Of a stretch of DNA of 64,000 nt, positions 26,568-35,890 are shown piece after piece. The DNA is from a virus. Lineage: Duplodnaviria > Caudoviricetes. The notes beneath the pieces were generated by a model. The model did not search any database and was not told the DNA's origin. It saw only the letters and a list, made by a program, of their open reading frames with translations. Positions within the stretch are counted from its first letter, which is position 1. Each line of letters opens with the position of its first letter. The translations under genes and the position numbers were made by a program. Location: positions 21,602 to 85,601 of IMG/VR virus record IMGVR_UViG_3300046495_000014. The stretch is one strand, 5' to 3'.

Positions 26568-29179
26568 CCCGGTCGCGACAACAGTTCCGCGTCGATCATT
26601 ACGGTTCGCCCGGGGGGGATTCGAACCCGAACCCGCGTCGGGGTAAAGCCTTCGACAGATCCCGTAATCACGTGGGACCGACCCGACCGCGTTACGACGT
26701 ACGACACAGTGTCCCCGACCGCGAACCGCGACACCAGCGGTCCACGCGATCGAGGCGTTCTAGCTGGCGGGGTCGTTATTTCCTTCGGCACGTCGGGGTT
26801 CTTCGCGCCGCGAACTACGATTTTGGCAGCCAGTCGGGCTTGATCGTCAGTAGCGCCTACCTTCATCGCCGCCTTCTTCGCCGCCCGTTCCTTCGCCCGC
26901 GTCGCGGTGTATTCGTCCAGGCGCGCCAGGGTTTCGGGGGACTTGAGGTTGAGTTCCAGATTGATAAGCCCCATCTCGGAATACCCGTGCGATCGTAGGA
27001 ATTCCTTGCCGACCGCGATCCCGTTGAATTCCAGCGCGGCCAATTCCTGAATCGACTTCACGTCTTTTATGATTCCGATCAAGTCGGTCGTGCTGATCGG
27101 TTCGGGGGTCGCCGGTTCCTTCATTACTTCCCCGACCTTGTTGACCTGCTTTCGCGTACCCTGCGCCCATCGCGAGAATTCTTGCTTGAACGCGCCCAGC
27201 TGGTTCGGGTTCTGCAACTCGAATCCCATCGACGGCCAAACGTACTGCCCATCCCACGCGGCGTGCGTTTCCACGACGTCGACGCCTAGCTTCCGATACG
27301 TCGCGAACTGGCTTTCGATCATGCGACTGCCCATCCCGCCGTCCTTCAGACTATCGGGGAGCGTAAACAGATTGTGGCCGACGCTAAGTTTCCCGTCGGA
27401 TGTTCGAGTGTACGACCTACTGAGCGAACCCGTTTTCCCGGTATTCGGATCGACGATCTTCGCCGACATGAAGAACTTTGAGGCGTCGGTGTAATGGTAC
27501 GCCCGGATCTGCGCGTCCTGGATCTCAACCCCGCTTAGCTCGTGCAGTCCTAACACGCCGCTGAAATCCCGAGCGTCGAATGAACGCCCGAAGACAACCT
27601 GCGACCCGTCGTTGATTTGGGTCGGCCCTTGATTGACGGTTACTTCGAACCCATTCGCGGCTTCGAACGATAGCGAATGCTGCTCGCCGATCGGAATCCG
27701 TTTCGCGATCGGCGGTTCTCCCGTCGTCCGTTTAGCCGTCGGATCGACAGTCGCCACCGCCGCCTGCGCGGCTTCGATGTACTTCGCCGGAACCTTCGCT
27801 TCGACCACGGTCGTCTTCGCGGCCTTCGCCTTCACCGTCGCTCGGGATTCGGCGATCCCCGCTTCGCGGATCGTCGCCTGCAACCGATCGAGGTTAGCCA
27901 CGACGGTCTCGACCTGCCGAGCCTGTCGCGTTTCAGCTTCCACCGCGCGTCGGGCTTCCGTAGCCTGTCGCGCCGCTATCTGGGCTTGTTCTTCCGCGGC
28001 CATCGCAGCGCGTAGTCGTTCGCGCCCTAGCTCCAACGAAGACGGCTGACGCGTCGCTCCCGGTTCCCCGGCGATCGTTCGCGCTACTGTCGCCGCCGCG
28101 ATCGACGGACGACCCTGCGCGGGGGGTGGCACCGGGGCGGCTACCGGCTGCGGTGCAGGCGTCTGCTCTTGCGCTACGGACGGCGCGGGCTTCCCGATCA
28201 GTTCGACGGGTACAGTCGTCATCAGCGGACGACCGGGGGGCGATCCCTTCCGCCCTTCCATCGCCCAGCGCTGGGCGATTTCCGAATCGGTCTTCTGTTT
28301 CAGATTCTCAGGGATCGGCCATTCGATGTGGTGAGGCACGATGATTTCGCGATCGTTCGGGCGGTTCGGTGGAGTCATGTACGACCCGAACCACGACGCG
28401 AACGGTTCGGTCATCCGCCGTATCTGACCGTGGACCGCGTAACTATCGGCGCCCGTCCTATCGTCGAACGTCGCGCACAAGATCCGCAGCATCTGGCCGC
28501 CGGTCTGCTCGTTGATCTCGAGTAACGCGTTGTTGCCCGCTACGTTGTGGGCTCCCATTAGCTCGGTGCGAACTATCCGTTCCGCCCAGTACTGCGGCGC
28601 GGCCTGTAGGAACGGCGATCCGGTTACCAACTGCGACCGTACGTCGTCCCACGGCGTACCCGCCACCAGCGACGTCTGCAACGTTCGCTCGAAATGGCCG
28701 ATCACCCCTTCGCCGTATCGCTCGATCACGCCCGGGTTCCCGGGGTGATCCGGATCCCCAGCGATGCGGCGAAGGACCGACGCGTTCGCGCCCGACACGG
28801 CGGGGTCTAGGACCGCCGCTGTTCGGATCCCCAGGCCTTCCCCAGCGACGCCGCGGAACTTCGCTTCGGCGTGGTTGAGGTACGACACAGTGGCCTTCGC
28901 GCTGTTCGTCGCCACGACGTTCGACGCCCCGACGACCGTCCCGAGTAAGTCCCGCTTGGTCATCTGCAAGACAGTCTCGACCTGCTTTAGCGTCGCCCGC
29001 ATCTGAACGGCGGTGAACGTTCGGTCGTTCGGGGGTATCCCATGCAAACGCTTCTTCAGATCCGCTTGCGACCGTTTCATTAGGTCGACCACCGCCGTGT
29101 TCGACGTCCGCGCCGCGTATCCCAGCGCCGCGCGCCGGGCCGCGTCTAATATCGATATCGGATCGCGGACGGTAGGCAC
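26564..29179 (-). CDS. MuF-like head morphogenesis protein with GNAT-like and SH3/KOW-like C-terminal extension
   Basis: MuF motifs RIVRTE, DDRT, PPNRPNDR; later LPDSLKDGGMGS...RKLG...DGQYVWPSMGF; TAACCT box 6 nt before GTG. Confidence 0.75.
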   Translation of the reverse strand: MPTVRDPISILDAARRAALGYAARTSNTAVVDLMKRSQADLKKRLHGIPPNDRTFTAVQMRATLKQVETVLQMTKRDLLGTVVGASNVVATNSAKATVSYLNHAEAKFRGVAGEGLGIRTAAVLDPAVSGANASVLRRIAGDPDHPGNPGVIERYGEGVIGHFERTLQTSLVAGTPWDDVRSQLVTGSPFLQAAPQYWAERIVRTELMGAHNVAGNNALLEINEQTGGQMLRILCATFDDRTGADSYAVHGQIRRMTEPFASWFGSYMTPPNRPNDREIIVPHHIEWPIPENLKQKTDSEIAQRWAMEGRKGSPPGRPLMTTVPVELIGKPAPSVAQEQTPAPQPVAAPVPPPAQGRPSIAAATVARTIAGEPGATRQPSSLELGRERLRAAMAAEEQAQIAARQATEARRAVEAETRQARQVETVVANLDRLQATIREAGIAESRATVKAKAAKTTVVEAKVPAKYIEAAQAAVATVDPTAKRTTGEPPIAKRIPIGEQHSLSFEAANGFEVTVNQGPTQINDGSQVVFGRSFDARDFSGVLGLHELSGVEIQDAQIRAYHYTDASKFFMSAKIVDPNTGKTGSLSRSYTRTSDGKLSVGHNLFTLPDSLKDGGMGSRMIESQFATYRKLGVDVVETHAAWDGQYVWPSMGFELQNPNQLGAFKQEFSRWAQGTRKQVNKVGEVMKEPATPEPISTTDLIGIIKDVKSIQELAALEFNGIAVGKEFLRSHGYSEMGLINLELNLKSPETLARLDEYTATRAKERAAKKAAMKVGATDDQARLAAKIVVRGAKNPDVPKEITTPPARTPRSRGPLVSRFAVGDTVSYVVTRSGRSHVITGSVEGFTPTRVRVRIPPGRTVMIDAELLSRPG

Positions 29180-29188
29180 CCGCCTAGG

Positions 29189-29314
29189 TTACACGTCGGA
29201 TCCAGGATCGACCACCTCGACCGCTACGGTAGGCTCGCGCGGTACGTCGACGACGACCGCCAGATCCCCAGTAACTTCGACCGTGACAGTAGGCTCCGCC
29301 GCCGCTTCAGTCAC
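29189..29314 (-). CDS. 41-aa Val/Glu-rich micro-protein
   Basis: Hand-translated; GTGA-coupled to upstream gene. Confidence 0.5.
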   Translation of the reverse strand: MTEAAAEPTVTVEVTGDLAVVVDVPREPTVAVEVVDPGSDV

Positions 29315-29685
29315 GGAGCCACCGATAGATAGAACGCCGCAGCGCGTCGCACGCCGTCCGGGATCGGGGTAGTAGCGGGGGGCGTCGGTTCCCGGTGGTA
29401 GATCAGTTCCGGAATTATCCGGTACCTACCCGGGGTGACCGTTTCGAGCCCCGCGACGTCGAAGACGTGTCGAACCACCAGCTTGTCGATCCGCTGTTGT
29501 AGGATCGTCGTCGTCCACACCGCGTCCACGTCCGACCGCGCACCGATACGCACGCGGAGTCGAACGGACGTCACCAGCGATAGGTCCAGCGCGTCGGGTC
29601 CCGGTCGGATCTCGCACGTCAGACCTTCGGGCGCTTTAGCCCGCGCGAATATAGACGGCTGGGCGAACTGTCGATCTGTGATCAC
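29311..29685 (-). CDS. Small beta-rich structural protein (start reassigned to GTG 29685)
   Basis: GTGA overlap with portal stop; 124 aa. Confidence 0.6.
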   Translation of the reverse strand: MITDRQFAQPSIFARAKAPEGLTCEIRPGPDALDLSLVTSVRLRVRIGARSDVDAVWTTTILQQRIDKLVVRHVFDVAGLETVTPGRYRIIPELIYHREPTPPATTPIPDGVRRAAAFYLSVAP

Positions 29686-31457
29686 GGGGTCCTCGCGGGG
29701 TCGGGTACTTCGCCGCCGATAGGGGGGAACATGGCCGAGTTGGCCGCCGATTGCTGCGCGGCCTTCGCAGCGGTTTCGCGCTGAACGCGGGCCCACTCTT
29801 CCTGACCGTCTCGATCGTGCGCGTTCGAGTGCAGTTCGACCGCCGTCTGTTGGCTCATGATCGGAACCGAACCCGCCGCCAGCGATAGCGCTTGGGCTTC
29901 TTCCTGGTCGTCTTTGGACGTCGGCTGGAAGTAGGGGCCCCACTCCAACCAGATCCGACCGTTACCAGGCGACCGATCCGTGACCTGCGTCAGCATCTTC
30001 CCAGTCGGCGCCCCGTCGGGCCCTAGTTCCGGTATCGACACGATCTTCGGCGGTAGGTTCACGGCGAATTCGATCGGTTCTTCCCCTACCTCGACGCCTT
30101 CTTCGTCGTACGTAGGCACGTGAACGTACCGGCTCTCATCCGACGCCGCTGCCGGATCCGGGGCGTATCGACGAACGAACGCCGTAATCTGTTCCAGCGT
30201 CGACGTGATGGCGCGCCCGTACTGGTACCGGAAGATCGAGCACTTCACCAGCATCGGGGAGTAAACCATTTTGAGAGCCACGGACGACGTACCCGCTGCC
30301 GCGATCGTATTCGGATCGGGCGATACGCATTCGGTGACTTCCAGGATCTGCGCCCGGCTGTTATCGACGAGCGAGATCCCCGCCGCTATCGACGACCCGG
30401 ACACCTCGAGGTATTTAGCATCCCCGTCCTTACCGGTTCGCAACGCGTTGTCGCTACCCTTCTGGACGACGGCCTTGCCGATGTCTTCTTCGTCCATACG
30501 CAGGACTAGCGTCGGATCCAGATTCTTGATCCCGCCCTGAACGTTGACGCTGTTCAGCATGTCGATCGACACGAGTTGTTCGTAGGCCACGGCGTAATCC
30601 GGAGCGCCGTCGCAGCTACTGTCATCGTCGTCGTCGGGTAGGTTCTCGATCCAGCAGAAATGGCACACCCCGTCGTTGTGCTCGAAAGACTGGGCCTGAT
30701 CGATGTCCCAATAGTCGGGGGTCTTCTTGTCGACCTCTACCGGCTTGAACGTAACGTCGGCGGTCTTCGTCCAGTCGCGTCGGCGCCACATCCACTTCTG
30801 TTTCCCCGACGTCGCTGTCGCTTTCGACTGGTACAGTTCGACGACGTGCGCCGGTATCCGTTGGGCTTCGTCTTCCCATTCCAGGCAGTGGATATGGTAC
30901 CCCTTGTGAACCTGCATCCGAACGTCGCCGTCGACGAGCGCCCAGGATATCCCGACCGTGCCGCAGCGCCCGCCTAGGTTCCGCGCGCGGATCATGTTGA
31001 TCTCGAGGCCCATCGCGTCGGATAGCGCCTGCGCCCAGTCCTGCGTGATCGGATCCTCGGAACGGAACTGCGGGAATCGGCCGTAACCGAATACCATCCC
31101 AGAAAACGACGTTACGATCTTCCGCGCCAGTCGGTACGGCGTGGACGGTCGGCGTTGGTCCAATGGAACGTACGTAGACGGAACAGCGCCGGACAGTAGC
31201 GGCTGATTCGATAGCTTCCCGGGGCGAATCATCCGCCCGTTCATGTCGAACAACTTATAGTCGTGGTTCGTCGCGGTGAAGAAGCTATCCCGGTATTGGA
31301 GTTCCCGCACGCGTTCCCCGTTGAACAACGCGTGCGCGTCGAAGTCCGGGCCTAGCGTCGTCAAATCCAGTCCGAATGAGGATTCGGTTTGAATTACGGG
31401 TCCGGCGATCGCGGGACCCGGCGCCGCCAACGGCATCTTGTAAACGTTCGCAGCCAT
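29682..31457 (-). CDS. Portal protein
   Basis: 591 aa upstream of MuF; SPP1-like layout (SSVALKMVYSPM). Confidence 0.8.
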   Translation of the reverse strand: MAANVYKMPLAAPGPAIAGPVIQTESSFGLDLTTLGPDFDAHALFNGERVRELQYRDSFFTATNHDYKLFDMNGRMIRPGKLSNQPLLSGAVPSTYVPLDQRRPSTPYRLARKIVTSFSGMVFGYGRFPQFRSEDPITQDWAQALSDAMGLEINMIRARNLGGRCGTVGISWALVDGDVRMQVHKGYHIHCLEWEDEAQRIPAHVVELYQSKATATSGKQKWMWRRRDWTKTADVTFKPVEVDKKTPDYWDIDQAQSFEHNDGVCHFCWIENLPDDDDDSSCDGAPDYAVAYEQLVSIDMLNSVNVQGGIKNLDPTLVLRMDEEDIGKAVVQKGSDNALRTGKDGDAKYLEVSGSSIAAGISLVDNSRAQILEVTECVSPDPNTIAAAGTSSVALKMVYSPMLVKCSIFRYQYGRAITSTLEQITAFVRRYAPDPAAASDESRYVHVPTYDEEGVEVGEEPIEFAVNLPPKIVSIPELGPDGAPTGKMLTQVTDRSPGNGRIWLEWGPYFQPTSKDDQEEAQALSLAAGSVPIMSQQTAVELHSNAHDRDGQEEWARVQRETAAKAAQQSAANSAMFPPIGGEVPDPARTP

Positions 31458-31463
31458 AGCGGT

Positions 31464-31469
31464 AAGCTA
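31464..31469 (-). promoter_or_regulatory. Extended -10 box (TGA-TAGCTT)
   Basis: 6 nt before portal ATG, no SD. Confidence 0.6.
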
Positions 31470-31491
31470 TCACGCCGCGCCGCGGTAGTCC

Positions 31492-31743
31492 CTACAGTCG
31501 ACGCCCGCGTCTATCCGCCAGGCTACCGACTAGCGGTGGGTCGTCGACGACGCCGGATCGATCCGGCGTCGCTTCGTCGCGTAACAGTCCCGCCGCCACC
31601 AGATCGGCGCGCGTCGGCGGGAGATCGATCGTCGCCTGGAACCCGTCCGATTCTAAGTCGGACTTGGGCGGAGTCGACTCGCTGTCGACCCGCGTCACCC
31701 CGACTCGCGCCCATGCCTTCAGTGCCCCGAAACTCCAAGTCAT
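31492..31743 (-). CDS. Hypothetical protein containing the palindrome in frame (TPDRSGV)
   Basis: 83 aa, ATGA-coupled to 31740 gene. Confidence 0.45.
   Translation of the reverse strand: MTWSFGALKAWARVGVTRVDSESTPPKSDLESDGFQATIDLPPTRADLVAAGLLRDEATPDRSGVVDDPPLVGSLADRRGRRL
31549..31570. repeat. 22-bp palindrome copy 6
   Basis: Exact; inside ORF 31492..31743. Confidence 0.95.
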
Positions 31744-32309
31744 ACTGGAACGCCGTCCTGCACTTCCACCTTCTCAGACGTTACCGAAACCGCCGACCAA
31801 AGCACGCGGACGTTCCGCCCGATCCCGTGGACGGACAGCCCTAGCATCCCAGGGCTCTGCACGCCGATCGCGCATCGTCCCCCGATAACCAAGCCGCCCT
31901 TCGGTCCCGGCGAATACTCCGCCAGCGTTCGCGCCCGGACGTCCTGCGATAGTCCCATCATCCCGCCCGCCGCGCCGTTCCCGATCATCCGCAGCTGCCC
32001 CGTCATCGGTTCCCCGTCGCGGATCGGCAAGACCTGCACGGCCCAGTACAACCAAGTCTGTTCCGTAACCGCGATCATCATCGGGCACCCGCGTTCTGGC
32101 GTCACGTTGTCGTACAGCCAGCCCTTGCCCCACGGTCGATACCCGAACCCGGGGGACGCCGAATAGAGCACCTGTGGGTCGGCAGGCAGTAGCACCACGC
32201 CTTTCCGCGCCTTCGCGACGGTGACCGCCGCTACCCCGTCGACTAGCTCACCGACTGCCAGCGATCCAGACGGATCCCATACGGTCACGAACTGCGTTGT
32301 TCTGCTCAC
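31740..32309 (-). CDS. Hypothetical protein
   Basis: 189 aa, GAGG SD. Confidence 0.65.
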   Translation of the reverse strand: MSRTTQFVTVWDPSGSLAVGELVDGVAAVTVAKARKGVVLLPADPQVLYSASPGFGYRPWGKGWLYDNVTPERGCPMMIAVTEQTWLYWAVQVLPIRDGEPMTGQLRMIGNGAAGGMMGLSQDVRARTLAEYSPGPKGGLVIGGRCAIGVQSPGMLGLSVHGIGRNVRVLWSAVSVTSEKVEVQDGVPV

Positions 32310-32637
32310 GGTTCCTCGATTCCGCGCCGCACTTCGATAGGTAGCCCCCGACGACTACGCCTATGAGCACGCCGACGATCGACAGTAGCAACGTCCGGGG
32401 CACCGCGCCCGCGCTGTAATGATGCGTCGGCTGAATATGCGGGGGGATCCGCATCGGCGCGTCCTCGCTCCTACATCCACCCCCGTCGGGTCTGCGGCAC
32501 GGCAACTGCCGCAGCATTTCGTTGCATTCGACGGCAGCGTCCGCCGCCCTGTGCGCCGCCCGTAGAATCGGGGCGTGCGACGCCTGAATCACCCGAACCA
32601 TGGTCGCCTGGTCAACGTATCGTCCGCGCCTGCGCAT
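32248..32637 (-). CDS. Hypothetical membrane protein
   Basis: One C-terminal hydrophobic helix; TGG-TACGGT box 5 nt before ATG; 62-nt overlap with next gene lowers confidence. Confidence 0.45.
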   Translation of the reverse strand: MRRRGRYVDQATMVRVIQASHAPILRAAHRAADAAVECNEMLRQLPCRRPDGGGCRSEDAPMRIPPHIQPTHHYSAGAVPRTLLLSIVGVLIGVVVGGYLSKCGAESRNREQNNAVRDRMGSVWIAGSR

Positions 32638-32640
32638 GCC

Positions 32641-32871
32641 CTACCGTACCACAGAGGGACGGTACATCGGATGCGTCGCCGATACGTTCGCCAGTTCCAG
32701 CACCCGCGCCTCGACCAACGCAATGCAACACGCCTCGACGGCTTCCGGCGGGAGGGATAACCGGGCGGCAAGGGTATCGACGCCGATGCCCTTGCCGTAG
32801 TCCGCCCAGTACGCGCGCGTGACGTTGTAGATCCGCAGCCGGTTGGTAGGGGTAGCCCGCATGATTCTCAC
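32641..32871 (-). CDS. Small winged-HTH-like protein (start reassigned)
   Basis: IGVDTLAARLSLPPEAVEACCIALVEARVL; CATAGT box 32881-32886 and AGGAG. Confidence 0.5.
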   Translation of the reverse strand: MRIMRATPTNRLRIYNVTRAYWADYGKGIGVDTLAARLSLPPEAVEACCIALVEARVLELANVSATHPMYRPSVVR

Positions 32872-32900
32872 GGTACTCCTACTATGGCGCGGAACGTTCG

Positions 32901-33671
32901 TCACGCGGCCTTCAGCGCTGTCATGTCCGCGGTCCACGTAGCCAGATCGACGCCCGCGATCGTCATGTTGTTCGCGATGTAGTCGGGCGACTGGATGCAG
33001 TAAACCTCGGTGCAGTACTTATCGAAAAAGGCCCAGGTCATTTCCTGCGGCTCGCCCCACGTCCGGCAGATCGGATTGCCCGCCTTCGATACGCCTTGGA
33101 ACGTAACGCAGTGACCGCCAGCGAATCCGCCGTCGTTCGCGAGGACGTCCCACAGTTTCGGGTACATCTGGTCCCAAATCGAATTCGGCAGGTCGAACGC
33201 CGTATAGATCCCGCCGAACAGATAGATCGCGGCGCGCACCATGTAATGGTGCTTCGGATTGATCGCGGCGTACGCGCCGATCTTCCGCCCAGCGATGCCC
33301 GTCCGCTGCCAGTACGACAGTGCAGACAGTAGATCCCAGCCCTGATCTGTACTCGGATCGGCGGGGTTGTAGCCCGCGCCCTTTTCGTAAACCGACAGGA
33401 TGTCCGCGTCGGTTACCGTCGCGATCGACCGCCCTAGCGATAGGTTCGCGGTCCACGACCGCTCCATCTTCGCCATGGCAGCGACTACGCAGTCGCCTAG
33501 GGAATTGTTCAGGTCGACCGAATCCGGTACGCACATCATCCAGTCGAACCCGGGGGGGACGAATTCCGTGAACTCTTGCGTCGCGTAGTTTTCTAGTTTC
33601 AGAACCTTCGCCAGCTTCTCGGGCTTCGCGGGGTTCGCGCCGTAACGGACGCCGTTTTGATCCAAGATCAT
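32901..33671 (-). CDS. Papain-like (C1 family) cysteine peptidase
   Basis: LGDCVVAA (Cys) and GGHCV (His) motifs. Confidence 0.7.
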   Translation of the reverse strand: MILDQNGVRYGANPAKPEKLAKVLKLENYATQEFTEFVPPGFDWMMCVPDSVDLNNSLGDCVVAAMAKMERSWTANLSLGRSIATVTDADILSVYEKGAGYNPADPSTDQGWDLLSALSYWQRTGIAGRKIGAYAAINPKHHYMVRAAIYLFGGIYTAFDLPNSIWDQMYPKLWDVLANDGGFAGGHCVTFQGVSKAGNPICRTWGEPQEMTWAFFDKYCTEVYCIQSPDYIANNMTIAGVDLATWTADMTALKAA

Positions 33672-33672
33672 C

Positions 33673-34200
33673 TTACAGTCTCCCGCAGCCTAGGCCGCAC
33701 TTGGTTTGCAGTTCCGACTTCGACGCCGCGTTCGCCAGGCACGGGACGTCACAGGTCACTTTCGAATTCGAACATCGTAGCTTCAGCGACGCCGCGCAGT
33801 TCGTCGGGGTACCCTCGGGGCATCCAAGTCGCTTGACGTTCGCGCACGCCGCGTCTTCGATCGCCAGGCTCCCGCCCGCCGCGGTAGTCCCGCCGACGCT
33901 AGGAGAGCCGCCCATCGACGTCGTACCGCCAGCGCTCGTGGTTCCTCCCGCAGCGGGGGGCGGGGGGTTGGGGTTAGGTATCGGGTGGCAGGCTAACGCC
34001 CAGCCCAAGCAGCCGTACACCAGTTGTCGCGTCTTCATGTCGTCCTTGTAGGGGGTGGTGAGTATGGCCTGGCATTTCGCCGGCACTGAATTGCAGTTCG
34101 TCGCCGCTATCGGTTTCGACGTCAGTAGTTCGTCGGTCGAACCCGGATCGGTCGGCGCGCACGCGGTTAGTCCCAACAGAATCAGAATCGCTAATCGCAT
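33673..34200 (-). CDS. Cys-rich lipoprotein
   Basis: Signal peptide with lipobox LTAC; TGC-TACCCT box (34207-34212) 6 nt before ATG. Confidence 0.7.
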   Translation of the reverse strand: MRLAILILLGLTACAPTDPGSTDELLTSKPIAATNCNSVPAKCQAILTTPYKDDMKTRQLVYGCLGWALACHPIPNPNPPPPAAGGTTSAGGTTSMGGSPSVGGTTAAGGSLAIEDAACANVKRLGCPEGTPTNCAASLKLRCSNSKVTCDVPCLANAASKSELQTKCGLGCGRL

Positions 34201-34223
34201 CGGCCGAGGGTAGCACCGGGCCC

Positions 34224-34245
34224 GACGCCGGATCGATCCGGCGTC
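34224..34245. repeat. 22-bp palindrome copy 7
   Basis: Exact; between divergent promoters. Confidence 0.95.
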
Positions 34246-34251
34246 GACGAT

Positions 34252-34315
34252 TGTTGTGGACTAGTGGAGCACGGTGCGCCATTAGTAGGGAGTCACGGGG
34301 AAGGAATCAGCCAGC
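34252..34315 (+). promoter_or_regulatory. Class II promoter-operator-RBS cassette, copy a
   Basis: TGGACT-17 nt-CATTAG; spacer holds TGGAGCACGGTGCGCCA; GGGGAAGGAATC RBS. Confidence 0.75.
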
Positions 34316-34546
34316 ATGACCGACCTAACGAAAACCCTAAGCGCTATCACCGCCGAGATCGACGGCCGAGGGAACGGGCTTCCCATCGTCGGCGACTACG
34401 TTCCAGCGGACGACGGTAACCTGTACCGCGTCGCCGCGATTATCAGCCGCGAAACCTCGCAGCGACTGATCGCGATCGTAACCGTCGCCCCTTGGAATTC
34501 CTGTTCTGACGACGACTGGTTCCCCGCCGCTACCCGAATCCTGTAA
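34316..34546 (+). CDS. Small hypothetical protein
   Basis: 76 aa behind class II cassette. Confidence 0.7.
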   Translation: MTDLTKTLSAITAEIDGRGNGLPIVGDYVPADDGNLYRVAAIISRETSQRLIAIVTVAPWNSCSDDDWFPAATRIL

Positions 34547-34550
34547 TCCC

Positions 34551-34841
34551 ATGGCCCACACAATCGCCGATACCCTAGACGCCATCGACAGTCTTTACAT
34601 CGCAGCCAGTCGCGCGAACCAGCAACCCCTAGCGAAGAACTGCGAACGGGTCGTCGAATCATGCGCAGTTCTTCGCGACATCAGCACCGGCCGTAAACTA
34701 TCGATGCGCGATCTCGAGATCACAGCCGGTAAGTACGTCGAACTGGTTTGCGAATCCTTAGACCTTCAGGCCGCTGGAAACTTCGGTCGATTCGGTTACG
34801 TCACCACCGAGCACAACGGCCATAAGGTCTTCGCGCGCTAA
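34551..34841 (+). CDS. Small hypothetical protein
   Basis: 96 aa, co-oriented with 34316 gene. Confidence 0.6.
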   Translation: MAHTIADTLDAIDSLYIAASRANQQPLAKNCERVVESCAVLRDISTGRKLSMRDLEITAGKYVELVCESLDLQAAGNFGRFGYVTTEHNGHKVFAR

Positions 34842-35665
34842 CGCACCGCTCGCGCCAGGGCGTCCCGTACCGCCAAGAACGTCGACGCTCGGATCGACGT
34901 CTTGCCGGCGTTGACGGCGCGGCACGACGATCCGGATCCGTACATCGAGTACATCGACCAGGCGTCGGACGCGAACGCGGGACCCGGGTTCAATCCCCGT
35001 TTCCGCAACGCCGCCGCTTCCGACTTCGCTTCCCAATCGCAGTGCGCCGACGCCGTAGCCAGCATGCGCAGGCCCGTCCGGAAACAGCGCACGAGGGATT
35101 CGCGATCGCGCCCGACTAGGGTCCGCATCAGCGCCTCCCGCTCTTCTCCCCCCTGCGCCGCCGCGTTCCGCTCTGCGTCGGATAGATCGGGAACGAACCG
35201 CCAAGCGATAGCCGGATGGATCTGCATGAGGCACGCTTCGTTGCCCGGCCCCCGTCCCTGTCCGCCCGCGTCGTCCGGGTGCTTCGCTCGGCCACGCCCC
35301 GTCTGGACGTCCTCGCGCAATCCCGACTCGGGGATCGCCGCGCCGAACAGCGCAGTCAACGCGGTTCGGCGGTTCCAGCGCTTTACCGTCGCAGGGTACG
35401 GCGTACATCCGTCGATCCGTTTCCCGTCGTCGTCCCGGCACAGTTCGGACTGCACGGCTTCGACTGCAGCGTCGGCGATCGTCGCGTACCGAAGGGCGCC
35501 TTCGTCCGCGGATTCCCTCTGCACCCATCCGTCGTAATACGTCGATCGCTGGTACCCGTCGCAGGCGTCCGCCCTACAGTCGACAGGGGACACGCTGAAC
35601 TTCGTGTTCCCCGGGGGTACCAGGACTAGCAGGGCGTGGAGTAACAGGGTGCCTAAAGTATTCAT
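34838..35665 (-). CDS. Exported lytic-transglycosylase-like protein (start reassigned to MNTLG)
   Basis: Hydrophobic N-terminus; IPESGL and ACLMQIHP resemble SLT ES and GLMQ motifs; TATTGT box 7 nt before ATG. Confidence 0.55.
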   Translation of the reverse strand: MNTLGTLLLHALLVLVPPGNTKFSVSPVDCRADACDGYQRSTYYDGWVQRESADEGALRYATIADAAVEAVQSELCRDDDGKRIDGCTPYPATVKRWNRRTALTALFGAAIPESGLREDVQTGRGRAKHPDDAGGQGRGPGNEACLMQIHPAIAWRFVPDLSDAERNAAAQGGEEREALMRTLVGRDRESLVRCFRTGLRMLATASAHCDWEAKSEAAALRKRGLNPGPAFASDAWSMYSMYGSGSSCRAVNAGKTSIRASTFLAVRDALARAVR

Positions 35666-35719
35666 CGCCCCTACAATAGCGCGGTCAACCATCTTCAGCG
35701 TTCGCAACGGCGGCCATCG

Positions 35720-35890
35720 TCAACATGCGACGAACGATCCGTTGTCCCTTGGGGGTAAGCTCAACGCCGCCGTAACTAGCCGTTGGCAGTTCGGTAGCTT
35801 CACCTCGACGTGGCCGCCCCAGTTCCGGGCGATCGTCTGCGCGCACCCGGCGCTAAGTAGCAGCGCGATTACTAGGATCGCCCGATTCAT
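35720..35890 (-). CDS. Small lipoprotein (56 aa, not in ORF track)
   Basis: Hand-translated MNRAILVIALLLSAGC lipobox; ATGA-coupled. Confidence 0.55.
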   Translation of the reverse strand: MNRAILVIALLLSAGCAQTIARNWGGHVEVKLPNCQRLVTAALSLPPRDNGSFVAC

